64,000 nt of DNA from Thermodesulfobacteriota bacterium (GCA_040755455.1 JBFMAY010000018.1:8872-72871); one strand, 5' to 3'. Positions 18,359 to 28,587 are shown, numbered from the stretch's first letter. The notes: generated by a model from the letters alone, not told the origin. Numbers and translations are program-made.

Positions 18359-20728
18359 GTGCAAAATGATGATCAGATCCATCACGACAAGGATGAAATG
18401 ACAGACATTGAAGAGCCGGAAATCCCGGAGATATTGCCGATGATGGCTGTTAGGGATGTGGTCATCTTCAATTATATGATTATTCCCCTTTTTGTCGGAA
18501 GGCCGGCATCCGTCAATGCCATCCAGGAGGCCCTGGCCGGCGATAAGCTGCTGCTCTTGGTCACCCAGAAGGATTCCACCATCGATGAGCCGGGGCAGGA
18601 TGATATTTACAAGGTGGGAATGGTCTGCATGATCATGAGGACCTTGAAGCTGCCCGATGGCAGGCTGAAAGTGCTGGTGCAGGCCCTGCATAAGGCACGG
18701 GTGAAAAAGATCGTGCAGGAAGTGCCCCATTTCACCGCCAAGGTGGAGCTTTTCCCTGAAGAAAAAAGTGCCCCAGTGTCGGTTGAAACCGAGGCGCTGA
18801 TGCGGACCGTGCGGGAGCAGACCGAAAAGATCCTGTCGCTGAAGGGTGTTGTTTCCTCCGAGCTGATGGTCATTCTCAACGAAATCGAGGAGCCTGGGAG
18901 ACTGGCGGATCTGGTGGTGTCCAACTTGCGTCTGAAGACAGCGGAGTCGCAGCTGGTTCTTGAAACGATTGAGGCCATTGACCGCCTGAAAAAGGTGGCT
19001 GAATTTCTCAACAAGGAACTGGAAGTTTCCACCATGCAGGCCAAGATCCAGTCCGAGGCCAAGGAGGAGATGGGCAAGACCCAGCGCGAGTATTTCCTGC
19101 GGGAGCAGCTCCAGGCGCTGAAAAAGGAGCTTGGCGATATCGATGACAAGTCGGAAGAAATCGAAGAGCTGCGGGTGAAGATCGAAAAGGCCAGAATGCC
19201 TTCCGGCGTCAAGAAGGAAAGCCTAAAGCAGCTGAAGCGGCTGGAAATGATGCACCCTGACGCCTCGGAGGCGACCATCGTCCGCACCTATCTTGACTGG
19301 ATGCTCGATGTGCCCTGGCGCAAAAGCACCAAGGATTTTCTTGATCTGAAGTTGGCCCGGCAGGTTCTTGATGAGGATCATCACGGACTGGAAAAGGTAA
19401 AGGAGCGTATTCTCGAATATCTGGCGGTGCGCAAGCTCAACCGGGCAACCAAGGGCCCTATTCTCTGTTTTGTCGGCCCTCCGGGCGTGGGCAAGACCTC
19501 ACTGGGCAAATCAATAGCACGAGCCATGGGCCGGAAGTTCTACCGCCTTTCCCTGGGCGGCATGCGGGATGAGGCCGAGATCCGCGGCCATCGGCGCACC
19601 TATATCGGCGCCATGCCGGGCCGTATCATCCAGGGGCTGAAGATTGTCGGCTCGAACAACCCCGTTTTCATGATGGATGAGATTGATAAGGTCGGATCGG
19701 ATTATCGGGGCGATCCATCCTCGGCGCTGCTTGAGGTGCTTGATCCGGAGCAGAATTTTGAGTTTTCCGATCATTATCTCAATCAACCTTTTGATCTGTC
19801 CAAGGTCATGTTTATTACCACCGCCAATGTGATCGACACCATTCCCGGCCCGTTGCTCGACCGCATGGAGCTTATCCGTCTTTCAGGCTATACCCTGGAG
19901 GAAAAAATGGTTATTGCCAAACGCTATCTAGTGCCGCGGCAGCTGCAGCAAAATGGCATTCAGGACAAGTATTTCAGTATTGATGATGAAACCTTGAGCC
20001 TCATCATCACCAACTTCACCAAGGAGGCGGGCCTGCGCAATCTTGAACGGGAGATCGGCAAGGTCTGCCGCAAGGTGGCGCGACGGGTGGCAGAAGGCGG
20101 GAAGGGGCCTTACGCGGTTAACAAGCGAACCCTCAACAAATATCTCGGGCCGCCCAAATTCCAGCCGGAAGCGGAGATTGATGTTATTGATCAGCCCGGG
20201 CTGGCCACCGGTTTAGCCTGGACCGAGGTTGGCGGCGAGATTCTTTATGTTGAGGTTTCTCTGCTGAAGGGCAAAGGTGGCCTGACTCTTACCGGCCAGC
20301 TTGGCGATGTGATGAAGGAGTCGGCCCAGGCGGCAATGACCGTCTGTCGTTCCCGTCTGGAAAAGCTTGGCAAGGGTGAGAACTATTTTGATGAGATTGA
20401 TGTCCATGTGCATGTGCCGGCCGGCGCCATTCCAAAAGACGGGCCGTCCGCCGGGGTGACGATTGTTGCTGCGCTTTATTCGGCTTTAATCGGCAAGAAG
20501 GTGCGGCAGGACGTTGCCATGACCGGGGAGATAACCCTGCGCGGCCGGGTGCTGCCCATCGGCGGCCTAAAGGAAAAGGCCCTTGCTGCCCTGCGCGCTA
20601 AAATCACCACAGTGATTATTCCCGAGCAGAACAAGACCGATCTGGTGGAGATTCCCAAGGATCTGCGGGATCAGATCAATTTTGTGCCGGTGAAAAATGT
20701 TGATCAGCTACTGGCCAAGATTTTTTGA
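18359..20728 (+). CDS. lon: ATP-dependent Lon protease
   Basis: LON N-domain, [28 protein letters not shown] catalytic Ser, GGLKEK Lys; GGAGG RBS. Confidence 0.97.
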   Translation: MQNDDQIHHDKDEMTDIEEPEIPEILPMMAVRDVVIFNYMIIPLFVGRPASVNAIQEALAGDKLLLLVTQKDSTIDEPGQDDIYKVGMVCMIMRTLKLPDGRLKVLVQALHKARVKKIVQEVPHFTAKVELFPEEKSAPVSVETEALMRTVREQTEKILSLKGVVSSELMVILNEIEEPGRLADLVVSNLRLKTAESQLVLETIEAIDRLKKVAEFLNKELEVSTMQAKIQSEAKEEMGKTQREYFLREQLQALKKELGDIDDKSEEIEELRVKIEKARMPSGVKKESLKQLKRLEMMHPDASEATIVRTYLDWMLDVPWRKSTKDFLDLKLARQVLDEDHHGLEKVKERILEYLAVRKLNRATKGPILCFVGPPGVGKTSLGKSIARAMGRKFYRLSLGGMRDEAEIRGHRRTYIGAMPGRIIQGLKIVGSNNPVFMMDEIDKVGSDYRGDPSSALLEVLDPEQNFEFSDHYLNQPFDLSKVMFITTANVIDTIPGPLLDRMELIRLSGYTLEEKMVIAKRYLVPRQLQQNGIQDKYFSIDDETLSLIITNFTKEAGLRNLEREIGKVCRKVARRVAEGGKGPYAVNKRTLNKYLGPPKFQPEAEIDVIDQPGLATGLAWTEVGGEILYVEVSLLKGKGGLTLTGQLGDVMKESAQAAMTVCRSRLEKLGKGENYFDEIDVHVHVPAGAIPKDGPSAGVTIVAALYSALIGKKVRQDVAMTGEITLRGRVLPIGGLKEKALAALRAKITTVIIPEQNKTDLVEIPKDLRDQINFVPVKNVDQLLAKIF

Positions 20729-20758
20729 GTATATTCCATTTCGTGATGCGGGATTGAG

Positions 20759-21892
20759 GTGAAAGACGGCGACCAGGGCAAGCAGGTTCATAGCGATGGA
20801 CCTGCAACGTGGATAAGGCAAGGACGACGCCATTGGCGGAAATGGCTTGTCCTGGCCTTGCTTGTTGTTCTCGCCGTCCCGGTGGGTTATCGTCTGTGGG
20901 TGTCGTCATACGCATCTTCTGTGCCGCAATACGGCGGCGGCGGGCATGAGCCCATTGTTGTTTATATTCCCCCTGACAGCGGTTTTGCCGCGATCAAGCA
21001 AGCCCTGATTGACCGCCAGGTTATTGATGACGATATTCGTTTTGGACTGCTGGCACGCAGGATGGGTGCAGTCGGCAAATTGCAGGCCGGGGAATATTGC
21101 TTTACGGCGGATCTCTCCCATCAGGCAATTATTGAAAAACTTGCCAGGGGAGAGGTTTCCTATCGTCCGTTAACCGTTCCGGAAGGGTTCAATATCTTTC
21201 AGATTGGCGATCTGCTGGCAAGCGGTTTCGGTTATGATCGCAACGACTTTCTGCGCCAGGTGCAGGATGCGAAGCTTATTAAGTCGGTGGGGCTCGACGT
21301 CCCCTCTCTGGAAGGATACCTGTTCCCTGATACCTATTTTGTCACCAGGGGCCAGATGCTTAATGAGATTGTCGCCATGATGGTGCATCGTTTTAACAAG
21401 GTTTATAACGAAATTTCCAAGCAGAATCAGGGGGCCAGCCCGTCAGTACCCCAGGCTGTTTCTCGCCATGAAATTGTCATTCTGGCCTCTATTGTGGAAA
21501 AAGAAACCGCCCTGCCGGATGAACGGCCCCTGATCGCCGCTGTTTTTCTCAACCGGCTCAAAAACAATATGAAATTACAGGCTGATCCCACCGTCATCTA
21601 TGGTATTGCTGATTTCAATGGCAACATCACCCGGCAGGACCTGATAACGCCTTCTCCTTACAATACCTATACCAAAACAGGGTTGCCGGCGGGACCCATC
21701 GCCAATCCGGGCAAGGAATCACTGGTTGCCGTGCTGCATCCGGCTGCTACCGGTTATTTGTATTTTGTCGCGCAAAACGATGGCAGTCATTTTTTTTCGA
21801 GTACCCTGGAGGAACATAACAGGGCGGTGATCCGTTTTCAGAAGCAAAGAAGATTGTCAGCCCAAGAACCAGCTATGGGGGAAAAACAGTGA
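20759..21892 (+). CDS. mltG: Endolytic transglycosylase MltG
   Basis: LEGYLFPDTY, LASIVEKE, LQADPTVIY, SPYNTY..GLPAGPIANPG. Confidence 0.95.
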   Translation: MKDGDQGKQVHSDGPATWIRQGRRHWRKWLVLALLVVLAVPVGYRLWVSSYASSVPQYGGGGHEPIVVYIPPDSGFAAIKQALIDRQVIDDDIRFGLLARRMGAVGKLQAGEYCFTADLSHQAIIEKLARGEVSYRPLTVPEGFNIFQIGDLLASGFGYDRNDFLRQVQDAKLIKSVGLDVPSLEGYLFPDTYFVTRGQMLNEIVAMMVHRFNKVYNEISKQNQGASPSVPQAVSRHEIVILASIVEKETALPDERPLIAAVFLNRLKNNMKLQADPTVIYGIADFNGNITRQDLITPSPYNTYTKTGLPAGPIANPGKESLVAVLHPAATGYLYFVAQNDGSHFFSSTLEEHNRAVIRFQKQRRLSAQEPAMGEKQ

Positions 21893-21950
21893 ATCAGTTA
21901 TGGGATAACAGCATCATAATGTTTAAAAAAGTTTCAGGCGGAGGGTGGTA

Positions 21951-22388
21951 ATGGCAAAAGCGGAATTGACGGACAGAAGGCTGCGCAATCAGCGCGGTTT
22001 TTCCCTAATGGAGTTGATGATTGTTATGGTCATACTTGGCCTGCTGGCCTCGCTGGTCGGCCCGACAATGTTTAAAAAGCTGGGCACGGCAAAGCAGAAA
22101 ACAGCAAAGACCCAGATCGGCATGCTGATGGCGGCATTGGATGCCTACCGTCTGGATATCGGCCATTATCCTTCCCAGCAGGAAGGTCTCGACTCGCTGG
22201 CGGTCAACCCGGGTGAAGATAAATGGGATGGTCCCTATTTGAAGAAAGGGGTGCCGCTTGATCCGTGGGATAACGAATACCACTATCAGAACCCCGGTGA
22301 GCATGGGGAGGTGGATATCTATTCTCTTGGTGCTGACAACAGAGAGGGTGGGGAAAAGGAAAATGCGGATGTGGGCAGCTGGGAATAG
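21951..22388 (+). CDS. gspG: Type II secretion major pseudopilin
   Basis: Prepilin site NQRG/FSLMELMIV, LDAYRLDIGHYP, WDGPYLKK..DPW, SLGAD; GGAGG RBS before ATG 21951. Confidence 0.95.
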   Translation: MAKAELTDRRLRNQRGFSLMELMIVMVILGLLASLVGPTMFKKLGTAKQKTAKTQIGMLMAALDAYRLDIGHYPSQQEGLDSLAVNPGEDKWDGPYLKKGVPLDPWDNEYHYQNPGEHGEVDIYSLGADNREGGEKENADVGSWE

Positions 22389-22415
22389 CGCCCATGCGCT
22401 ATTCCCAGGTTTTTT
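22379..22415 (+). terminator. Intrinsic terminator of lon-mltG-gspG
   Basis: CTGGGAATAGCGC-CCAT-GCGCTATTCCCAG 13-bp stem followed by GTTTTTT. Confidence 0.85.
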
Positions 22416-23516
22416 CTAGTCTTTGGTAGTATGACAGACGAAGCAGCCCTCGTCATTAGGTTGATTGGCGATCATTTCACTGTAATCCCAGCGCAGGATG
22501 TCCGGGTACTCTGATCCGTGCACCCGGTGGCAGGACAGGCACATGACAATGGCTTCATCTCTCTGGGGACTTGCCGGATCGATCCAGGCCACCGGCGACT
22601 GGAGCTCATACGCAGTCACCGGGTCGTACTGGGCGTATTCCCCTTCCTCGGGCAACACGATATCCGTCGGATGGCGCAGCCAGGTGTCGGCGCCTATTCC
22701 GTCAATGCTGTGAAATGTATTGTGACAGCCCGCGCAGTAGCTGGAGATGCCGTGTGTTTGCTTCAGCTCGAGGGTTCCTCCTTGGCCGATATCGTCCCGG
22801 TCCACCCCTGTGTAATAATTGTGATCATCATTTGCTGCGATATGGTCAGGGTGTTCCCATGAGGCATGTTCAACGCCTTCCACGTAGGCGCCAAACTGTT
22901 CATCATGGGAATTGAGAAAGCGATAGCGGTTGTTGTCCTGGTGGTGATAGACATTGTAATGGCAGCCCTGGCAACCGCCCCGGTCATCGTTCTGGCCCGT
23001 TGGCGCCACGGCAAGGGTGTTGTGACAGGAGTTTGCCGTGCCGCAGCGGTTATTGCCGGGCGCAGTAGTCAGTTTGGCGTCGTGTTCTGAGATGCCGTAG
23101 ACATTGTGGCCGTAACCGTCATAGGTTTCGCCCCGAGAAACGTTGTAAAAATTGCCGCCGGCCAGGGCCTTGCTCGGGTATGCCCCAGTATTAAAGACAA
23201 TGGGAATCCGGTTCTCGCCGATTTCAACAATGGTCTGGTCCGAGGTTGCAGAGTGGCAGCCGACACAATCGGCGATGAGCAGATAGCCCAGCGGGGTATC
23301 CGTAGCCACTCCAGAACTGAAAGTACCGTCGGCCGCCCAGCCGGCGCCTGACCCGCTGTGCGCGACCGCCGCGCCGTCCTGGGAATTATGCATGGTGTGA
23401 CAGTTACCGCAGACTCCGCTTACTTTTGCTGTTGCATTGCCGACGGATAAGCTCAAGGCAAGGGAAAGAACCGAAAAAAGGAGAAGCCTCCTTTCTGTTA
23501 GAGAAATTTTTGTCAT
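22416..23516 (-). CDS. OmcS-like multiheme c-type cytochrome (6 CxxCH plus 1 CX5CH)
   Basis: Sec signal peptide after GGAGG RBS; CGNCHTMHNS, CVGCH, GGNF, GHNV..LTTAPG, CGTANSCH, CQGCH, SYCAGCH..LRHP, VMCLSCHRVHGS, CFVCHTTKD, in the same order as the Geobacter OmcS motifs I recall. Confidence 0.85.
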   Translation of the reverse strand: MTKISLTERRLLLFSVLSLALSLSVGNATAKVSGVCGNCHTMHNSQDGAAVAHSGSGAGWAADGTFSSGVATDTPLGYLLIADCVGCHSATSDQTIVEIGENRIPIVFNTGAYPSKALAGGNFYNVSRGETYDGYGHNVYGISEHDAKLTTAPGNNRCGTANSCHNTLAVAPTGQNDDRGGCQGCHYNVYHHQDNNRYRFLNSHDEQFGAYVEGVEHASWEHPDHIAANDDHNYYTGVDRDDIGQGGTLELKQTHGISSYCAGCHNTFHSIDGIGADTWLRHPTDIVLPEEGEYAQYDPVTAYELQSPVAWIDPASPQRDEAIVMCLSCHRVHGSEYPDILRWDYSEMIANQPNDEGCFVCHTTKD

Positions 23517-23842
23517 ATGCGCCTCCGGTGCAAGTCTTTTTTTCTTGTCATTATTTGCTTCTGTTAGAGCCTGGCAGAGCGATTCGTTTGGCTGCATGGG
23601 TGGATTTTTCTCATCGTTTTTTGCGGCAAAGGCATAATTGCTGTTGTTGGAATGGTGAGGACTCAATTGTCCCTGCAGCGGTCGGAAAAAATGAAGTGAG
23701 GAACGGCAAAGAAAGAGATGTTCGAGGCAGGAACTGCCCGGCGGGAAATGGCCAGTAATGCTTATTGACGTACTGCCGCTGCAATCCTGGTTCCCCAATT
23801 GCCTCATCTTGTTGATCCTCTTTTTTGTCAGGAGATGGCCGT

Positions 23843-23883
23843 AAAAAATGCCGGGTCACTCATGATAACAAGGCAACCCGGCA
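23843..23883 (-). terminator. Riboswitch expression-platform intrinsic terminator
   Basis: Minus strand UGCCGGGUUGC-loop-GUGACCCGGCA followed by UUUUUU; its 5' arm is the 3' side of the aptamer. Confidence 0.85.
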
Positions 23884-23949
23884 GTCTTGGCAGGAAGATC
23901 CGCGGTTTTCCGTCCCCAGCTTACGCAGGGGTTAGCTTTATCTTGTTAT
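23865..23949 (-). ncRNA. GEMM-I (c-di-GMP-I family) riboswitch, probable 3',3'-cGAMP-sensing variant
   Basis: Minus strand AUAACAAG-AUAAAGCUAACCCCUGC-GUAA-GCUGGGGACGGAAAACCGCGGAUCUUCCUGCCAAGACUGCCGGGUUGC-CUUGUUAU: 8-bp P1, GNRA loop, GACGGAAA junction, A at the position equivalent to Vc2 G20. Confidence 0.88.
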
Positions 23950-23977
23950 GTGTCTCAAGTTTTAAAGTCAAAGCTTT

Positions 23978-23993
23978 GTTTACATATGTAAAC
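23978..23993. promoter_or_regulatory. Perfect 16-bp palindrome, candidate operator
   Basis: GTTTACATATGTAAAC, about 30 nt upstream of the riboswitch on the minus strand. Confidence 0.5.
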
Positions 23994-24036
23994 GGAAAAC
24001 GGGGGATATTCAATTGGGCAAATTGTCGCACTGCTG

Positions 24037-25713
24037 CTATTCTTCAGCTCCTTTGTGAAAGTCGATTTGAGATTGAGTGGGGTTCATGTCCGGATCGGCG
24101 ATAATATTGATGGCAACGTTGTATTTTTCCTCGAGTTCGACAAGGTCAGTCCGTTTCTGATTCAGCATGTATTGGGCGATAGCCAGGGGAAAACGGCAGG
24201 TGATCCTCTCCGTCGTCTTTTTGATGGCGCCGGTCTGGATGCGGCGCAGCTGGGCCAGCGCCATGGTTTCCACCGAGCGAACCATGCCGAGACCCTGGCA
24301 GTGTTCGCAGACGATATAGCTTCCTTTTTGTACCGGAGGCCCCAGTCTCTGCCGGGAAATCTGCATCAGCCCGAATTTTGAGATGCGGCTGATATCCACC
24401 TTGGCCTTGTCATGTTTCATGCAGGCCTTGACCTGTTTTTCAACCTCCCGGATGTGTTTCTTGTCACGCATATCGATGAAGTCGACAACGATCAGGCCGC
24501 CCAGGTCCCGGAGGCGGAGCTGCCGGGTGAGTTCTTCCGCAGCCTCCATGTTGGCCAGAAAAATGGTTTCCTCAAAATTTTTGTCTTTTGAGGTGCGGCC
24601 GGAATTGACATCAATCGCCACCAGAGCCTCGGTGGGATTAATGACAATGGAGCCGCCGGAGGGAAGATTGACGGAAGGCTGGTAGATCTGCTCAATCTGC
24701 TCTTCAATCTGATAGAGGTTGAAGATGGGCCGGGCGCCTTTGTGCAGTTTGACCTTGGTCACCCGTTGTCTGGCCGGCAACAGGTTGAGAAAGTTGACCA
24801 CCTGATCGTAAGTGATCAGGTTATCTACCAGTATTTCCTGGATATCATGGGTAAAATGATCGCGCAGGAAGCGGGCGGTGACATCTTGCTCTTTATAGAC
24901 CAGGGCCGGGGCAGGCATGGTCTGGCCGCGTTTTTTGATTTCTTTCCACAGGTTGAGCTGATAGCGGATGTCCTGGAACAAAGCGGTTTTGGTGACATCC
25001 ATGCTGGCGGTGCGCACGATGTAGCCGATCTCTTCGGGCAGATTAGCCGAGCTGACGATTTCCCTGAGTTTGCTGCGCAGGCTCTCGTCTTCAATCTTGC
25101 GGGAAATGCCATGGCTGTCGCTGCCCGGCATGAGGACCACATACCTGCCCGGCATGGAAAGATATGTGGTGACGCTTGCTCCCTTGTTGCCGGTGGCCTC
25201 CTTGACCACCTCGACCAGTACCTCCTGTCCCTTTCTGATGACCTCTTGTATCTTCAGGTCCTTCCAGTGGGTCGAGGGCGGGACATCCTTGCAGTAATAT
25301 TCGGGATGGATGTCGCTGAAGGGCAGAAAGCCGTTGCGTTCAATGCCCATGTCGACAAAAACCGCCTGCAGATTGGGCTCAATGGCAGTAATGATACCCT
25401 TGTAGATGTTGCCCTTGGTCTGGGCGCTGGAAACGGTTTCCAGGTGAAATGAAGTCAGTTTGCCGTTATCAAGCAGGGCGATGCGGGCTTCCTCCGGCTC
25501 TTCGGAGTTGATGAGCAGCTTCAGGGCGGCGCCGCTGGATTTTTCTTCCTCATCCTCCGGTTGGGTTGCTTTATTCTGTTGGGGCGCTTTGTTTTTTGCC
25601 GCGTTAGTTTTTTTCGCCGGTGATTTTCTCGGCCGGGATCTGGGTTTTTTGGTAGGTGCCGGGGTTTCGGCCTTTTCTTCTTGAGTGGTCTCGGGTGTTT
25701 TTTCGTCGTTCAT
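24037..25713 (-). CDS. rne: Ribonuclease E/G family
   Basis: GNIYKG S1 domain, AIDVNSG, QLRLRDLGGLIVVDFIDM, CEHCQG Zn link; Lys/Pro-rich N-terminal extension. Confidence 0.9.
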   Translation of the reverse strand: MNDEKTPETTQEEKAETPAPTKKPRSRPRKSPAKKTNAAKNKAPQQNKATQPEDEEEKSSGAALKLLINSEEPEEARIALLDNGKLTSFHLETVSSAQTKGNIYKGIITAIEPNLQAVFVDMGIERNGFLPFSDIHPEYYCKDVPPSTHWKDLKIQEVIRKGQEVLVEVVKEATGNKGASVTTYLSMPGRYVVLMPGSDSHGISRKIEDESLRSKLREIVSSANLPEEIGYIVRTASMDVTKTALFQDIRYQLNLWKEIKKRGQTMPAPALVYKEQDVTARFLRDHFTHDIQEILVDNLITYDQVVNFLNLLPARQRVTKVKLHKGARPIFNLYQIEEQIEQIYQPSVNLPSGGSIVINPTEALVAIDVNSGRTSKDKNFEETIFLANMEAAEELTRQLRLRDLGGLIVVDFIDMRDKKHIREVEKQVKACMKHDKAKVDISRISKFGLMQISRQRLGPPVQKGSYIVCEHCQGLGMVRSVETMALAQLRRIQTGAIKKTTERITCRFPLAIAQYMLNQKRTDLVELEEKYNVAINIIADPDMNPTQSQIDFHKGAEE

Positions 25714-25782
25714 GATTTTCCTTCAGGTGGCAAACCTGCCTGAACAGCCCTGTCTGTGCGAGGGCTTGAGGATGCGTGCTGT

Positions 25783-26721
25783 TCAGGCGGCTGGCGATGT
25801 CTGGTAATAGATTTTTCCCCTATGCGCCGAATGAGCAATCTCACCGCTTTCCATCAGCTCTTGTAAAAGCCGGGCGGTTGAGTTGCTGTCTAGATTCAAG
25901 GCCTCGCAGATATCTATCTCGGTGCATGGGCGTCTTTGCAGCATTTCTAATAATTCTGTTTTTTTGGCTGATCGAGCATTGGCTCTCTTCCTTTTGCGGA
26001 AATCTGCTATAATTTCTATAGATCCGGGAAGCTGCCGGCTGATATCCTCCAGTTCGGCTTCCGTCAAGGGCTTGGCAAATCCCTCAAGCGGAGGACGTAT
26101 TACGGTGTTCAGCTGGATTTTGGTCGGTTTAATATCGTTGAGGGCCTGCCTTAAGGCGGCAAGATCTTGGGCCGAGTCATTGGTGCCTTTGCAGAGAAGG
26201 ATCTCAAGCCATAGTTCCCCTCTGAAATTTCGGGCAAAGAGACAAAGTCCCTCGATGATCTCCTGTAATTTTGCGCATTGCGCTGGTCTATTTATCTTAC
26301 GAAAACTTTCCTCCCTGGCTGAGTCAAGGGATGGAATGACAATGTCGGCATGCTCGAGATCCCGTCGCACATCTTCCCGATAAAGAAGAGACCCGTTGGT
26401 GAGCACGGCAACCGGCAGTGCGGTTCTTGTTTTCAGGTGGTTGATGATTTCACCGAGTCCGCTGTGCAGAGTGGGTTCACCGCTTGCGGTGATGGTGAAA
26501 ACGTCGTTTGGTTTCGCCTGACCGGGTGTTGCCAGAAAGGAATCTATTTCGGCAATGATTTCCGCGGTTGGGGTGTATTCCTTTCTCTCACAGGTGAAAA
26601 TGGTGGTCGGCCCCACCTCGCAATAAATGCAGTTGAAGTTGCAGATTTTTGCAGGGAGGAGATCGATGCCCAGTGACAAACCCAAGCGTCGGGAGTTGAC
26701 GGGTCCAAACAGATATTTCAT
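25783..26721 (-). CDS. Radical SAM protein with C-terminal HTH-like region
   Basis: FGPVNSRRLGLSLG, CNFNCIYC, SGEPTL, LTNGSL. Confidence 0.88.
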   Translation of the reverse strand: MKYLFGPVNSRRLGLSLGIDLLPAKICNFNCIYCEVGPTTIFTCERKEYTPTAEIIAEIDSFLATPGQAKPNDVFTITASGEPTLHSGLGEIINHLKTRTALPVAVLTNGSLLYREDVRRDLEHADIVIPSLDSAREESFRKINRPAQCAKLQEIIEGLCLFARNFRGELWLEILLCKGTNDSAQDLAALRQALNDIKPTKIQLNTVIRPPLEGFAKPLTEAELEDISRQLPGSIEIIADFRKRKRANARSAKKTELLEMLQRRPCTEIDICEALNLDSNSTARLLQELMESGEIAHSAHRGKIYYQTSPAA

Positions 26722-26894
26722 TCAGAGAGAGCAGTATTCATGTTAACTTAATCTGATTTTTAAATTATATAGTTAAAAACAATCGCCATCAGTTGGCAAG
26801 AGAAAGTTTTGCCTTGACACGCTTTATTGCGAAACGTTAGTTTCAGAAGTCCAAATGAAATGGAATCGGATATCACTTTAATAAGGACACACTC

Positions 26895-28556
26895 ATGCGG
26901 AGCGATGCGGTTAAAAAAGGATTGGAAAGGGCGCCTCACAGGTCGCTGTTTAAGGCAATGGGCTACACCAACGAGGAAATACAGCGGCCACTGATTGGTA
27001 TCGGTCACGCCCACAATGAGATCATTCCCGGCCATATTCATCTTGATAAAATTGTGGAGGCGGTCAAGGCCGGAGTCCGCATGGCCGGCGGAACGCCCAT
27101 TGCCTTTGCGACAATCGGCGTCTGCGACGGCATTGCCATGAATCATACGGGCATGAAATATTCCCTGGCCAGCCGGGAAATCATTGCCGATTCGGTTGAA
27201 ATCATGGGACAGGCCCATCCTTTTGACGCCATGGTGCTTATCCCCAACTGTGATAAGGTGGTGCCCGGAATGCTCATGGCCATGCTGCGGCTCAATATTC
27301 CGGCGGTCATGGTCAGCGGCGGGCCGATGCTTACCGGCCGCTTTCAGGGCAGGGACGTGCATCTGGTCAGCGTCTTTGAGGGGGTGGGCCGGGTCAAGGC
27401 CAATACCATGAGCCTTGAGGAACTGGACGAGCTTGAAAATGCCGCCTGCCCAACCTGCGGCTCCTGCTCCGGCATGTTTACGGCGAACTCTATGAACTGC
27501 CTGACCGAGGCCCTGGGCCTGGGGTTGCCTGGCAACGGCACCATTCCGGCAGTTGCCGCGGCGCGTATCCGGCTGGCCAAGCAGGCTGGGATGGCGGTGA
27601 TGAATCTCTTCCATGAACAGATCAGACCCCGGGATATCGCCACCAAGGAGGCCTTTGAGAATGCCATGGCCGTTGACATGGCGCTGGGTTGTTCGACCAA
27701 TACGGTGCTGCATGTGCCGGCAATCGCCAGGGAGGCCGGGGTTGACCTGCCGCTGGCTACCTTTAACGAGGTGAGCAGGAGGGTGCCTCATATCTGCAGT
27801 CTGATCCCCGGCGGGTCCCATAGCCTCCAGCAACTCAACGAAGCCGGCGGGGTGCAGGCGGTGATGCGTGAACTGTTGAACAGCGAGCTCGGCCTGCACC
27901 AGCAGGTCATGACGGTGACCGGCCACACCCTGGGTGAGAACCTGCAAAAGGCCAAGGTGCGGGACAATGAGATTATCCGCCCGGTTGACAATCCCTACCA
28001 CAAGCAGGGGGGCATTGCCGTGCTGTATGGCAACCTCGCCCCGGAGGGGGCGGTGGTCAAACAGTCGGCCGTGGCCGCCGAGATGATGTGTCATACCGGT
28101 CCGGCCCGGGTATTTGATTCGGAAGAGGAGGCCCAGACAGCAATTCTTGCCGGCAGCATCAAGCCTGGCGACGTGGTTGTCATCCGCTACTGCGGTCCAA
28201 AGGGTGGCCCCGGCATGCCGGAGATGCTGTCGCCCACCTCGGCAATCATTGGCATGGGACTGGGGAAAAGCGTGGCCCTGATCACCGATGGCCGTTTCAG
28301 CGGCGGCACCCAGGGGGCCTGCGTCGGCCATGTCTCGCCGGAGGCGGCTGAGGGCGGGCCCATCGGTATGCTCAGGGAAGGTGATACCATTGTCGTGGAT
28401 ATTACCAACAAACGGCTGCACTGTGAAATTGATGAGGCGGAAATGGCCGGACGCAGGGCGGCATGGCAGCCGCCGGCCCCGAAAATCACCACAGGCTATG
28501 TCGCCCGCTATGCCAGAATGGTCGGTTCCGGCAGTTCCGGGGCAATCCTCAAGTGA
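26895..28556 (+). CDS. ilvD: Dihydroxy-acid dehydratase
   Basis: [47 protein letters not shown]. Confidence 0.97.
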   Translation: MRSDAVKKGLERAPHRSLFKAMGYTNEEIQRPLIGIGHAHNEIIPGHIHLDKIVEAVKAGVRMAGGTPIAFATIGVCDGIAMNHTGMKYSLASREIIADSVEIMGQAHPFDAMVLIPNCDKVVPGMLMAMLRLNIPAVMVSGGPMLTGRFQGRDVHLVSVFEGVGRVKANTMSLEELDELENAACPTCGSCSGMFTANSMNCLTEALGLGLPGNGTIPAVAAARIRLAKQAGMAVMNLFHEQIRPRDIATKEAFENAMAVDMALGCSTNTVLHVPAIAREAGVDLPLATFNEVSRRVPHICSLIPGGSHSLQQLNEAGGVQAVMRELLNSELGLHQQVMTVTGHTLGENLQKAKVRDNEIIRPVDNPYHKQGGIAVLYGNLAPEGAVVKQSAVAAEMMCHTGPARVFDSEEEAQTAILAGSIKPGDVVVIRYCGPKGGPGMPEMLSPTSAIIGMGLGKSVALITDGRFSGGTQGACVGHVSPEAAEGGPIGMLREGDTIVVDITNKRLHCEIDEAEMAGRRAAWQPPAPKITTGYVARYARMVGSGSSGAILK

Positions 28557-28587
28557 GGGGGCAAGGGAGCCGCTTCGGTTATATTTT

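Noticed and set aside
28288..28587. N-terminal extension of the lptD ORF overlapping ilvD
   Set aside because: The signal peptide begins at ATG 28588; the upstream part is a shadow of ilvD.
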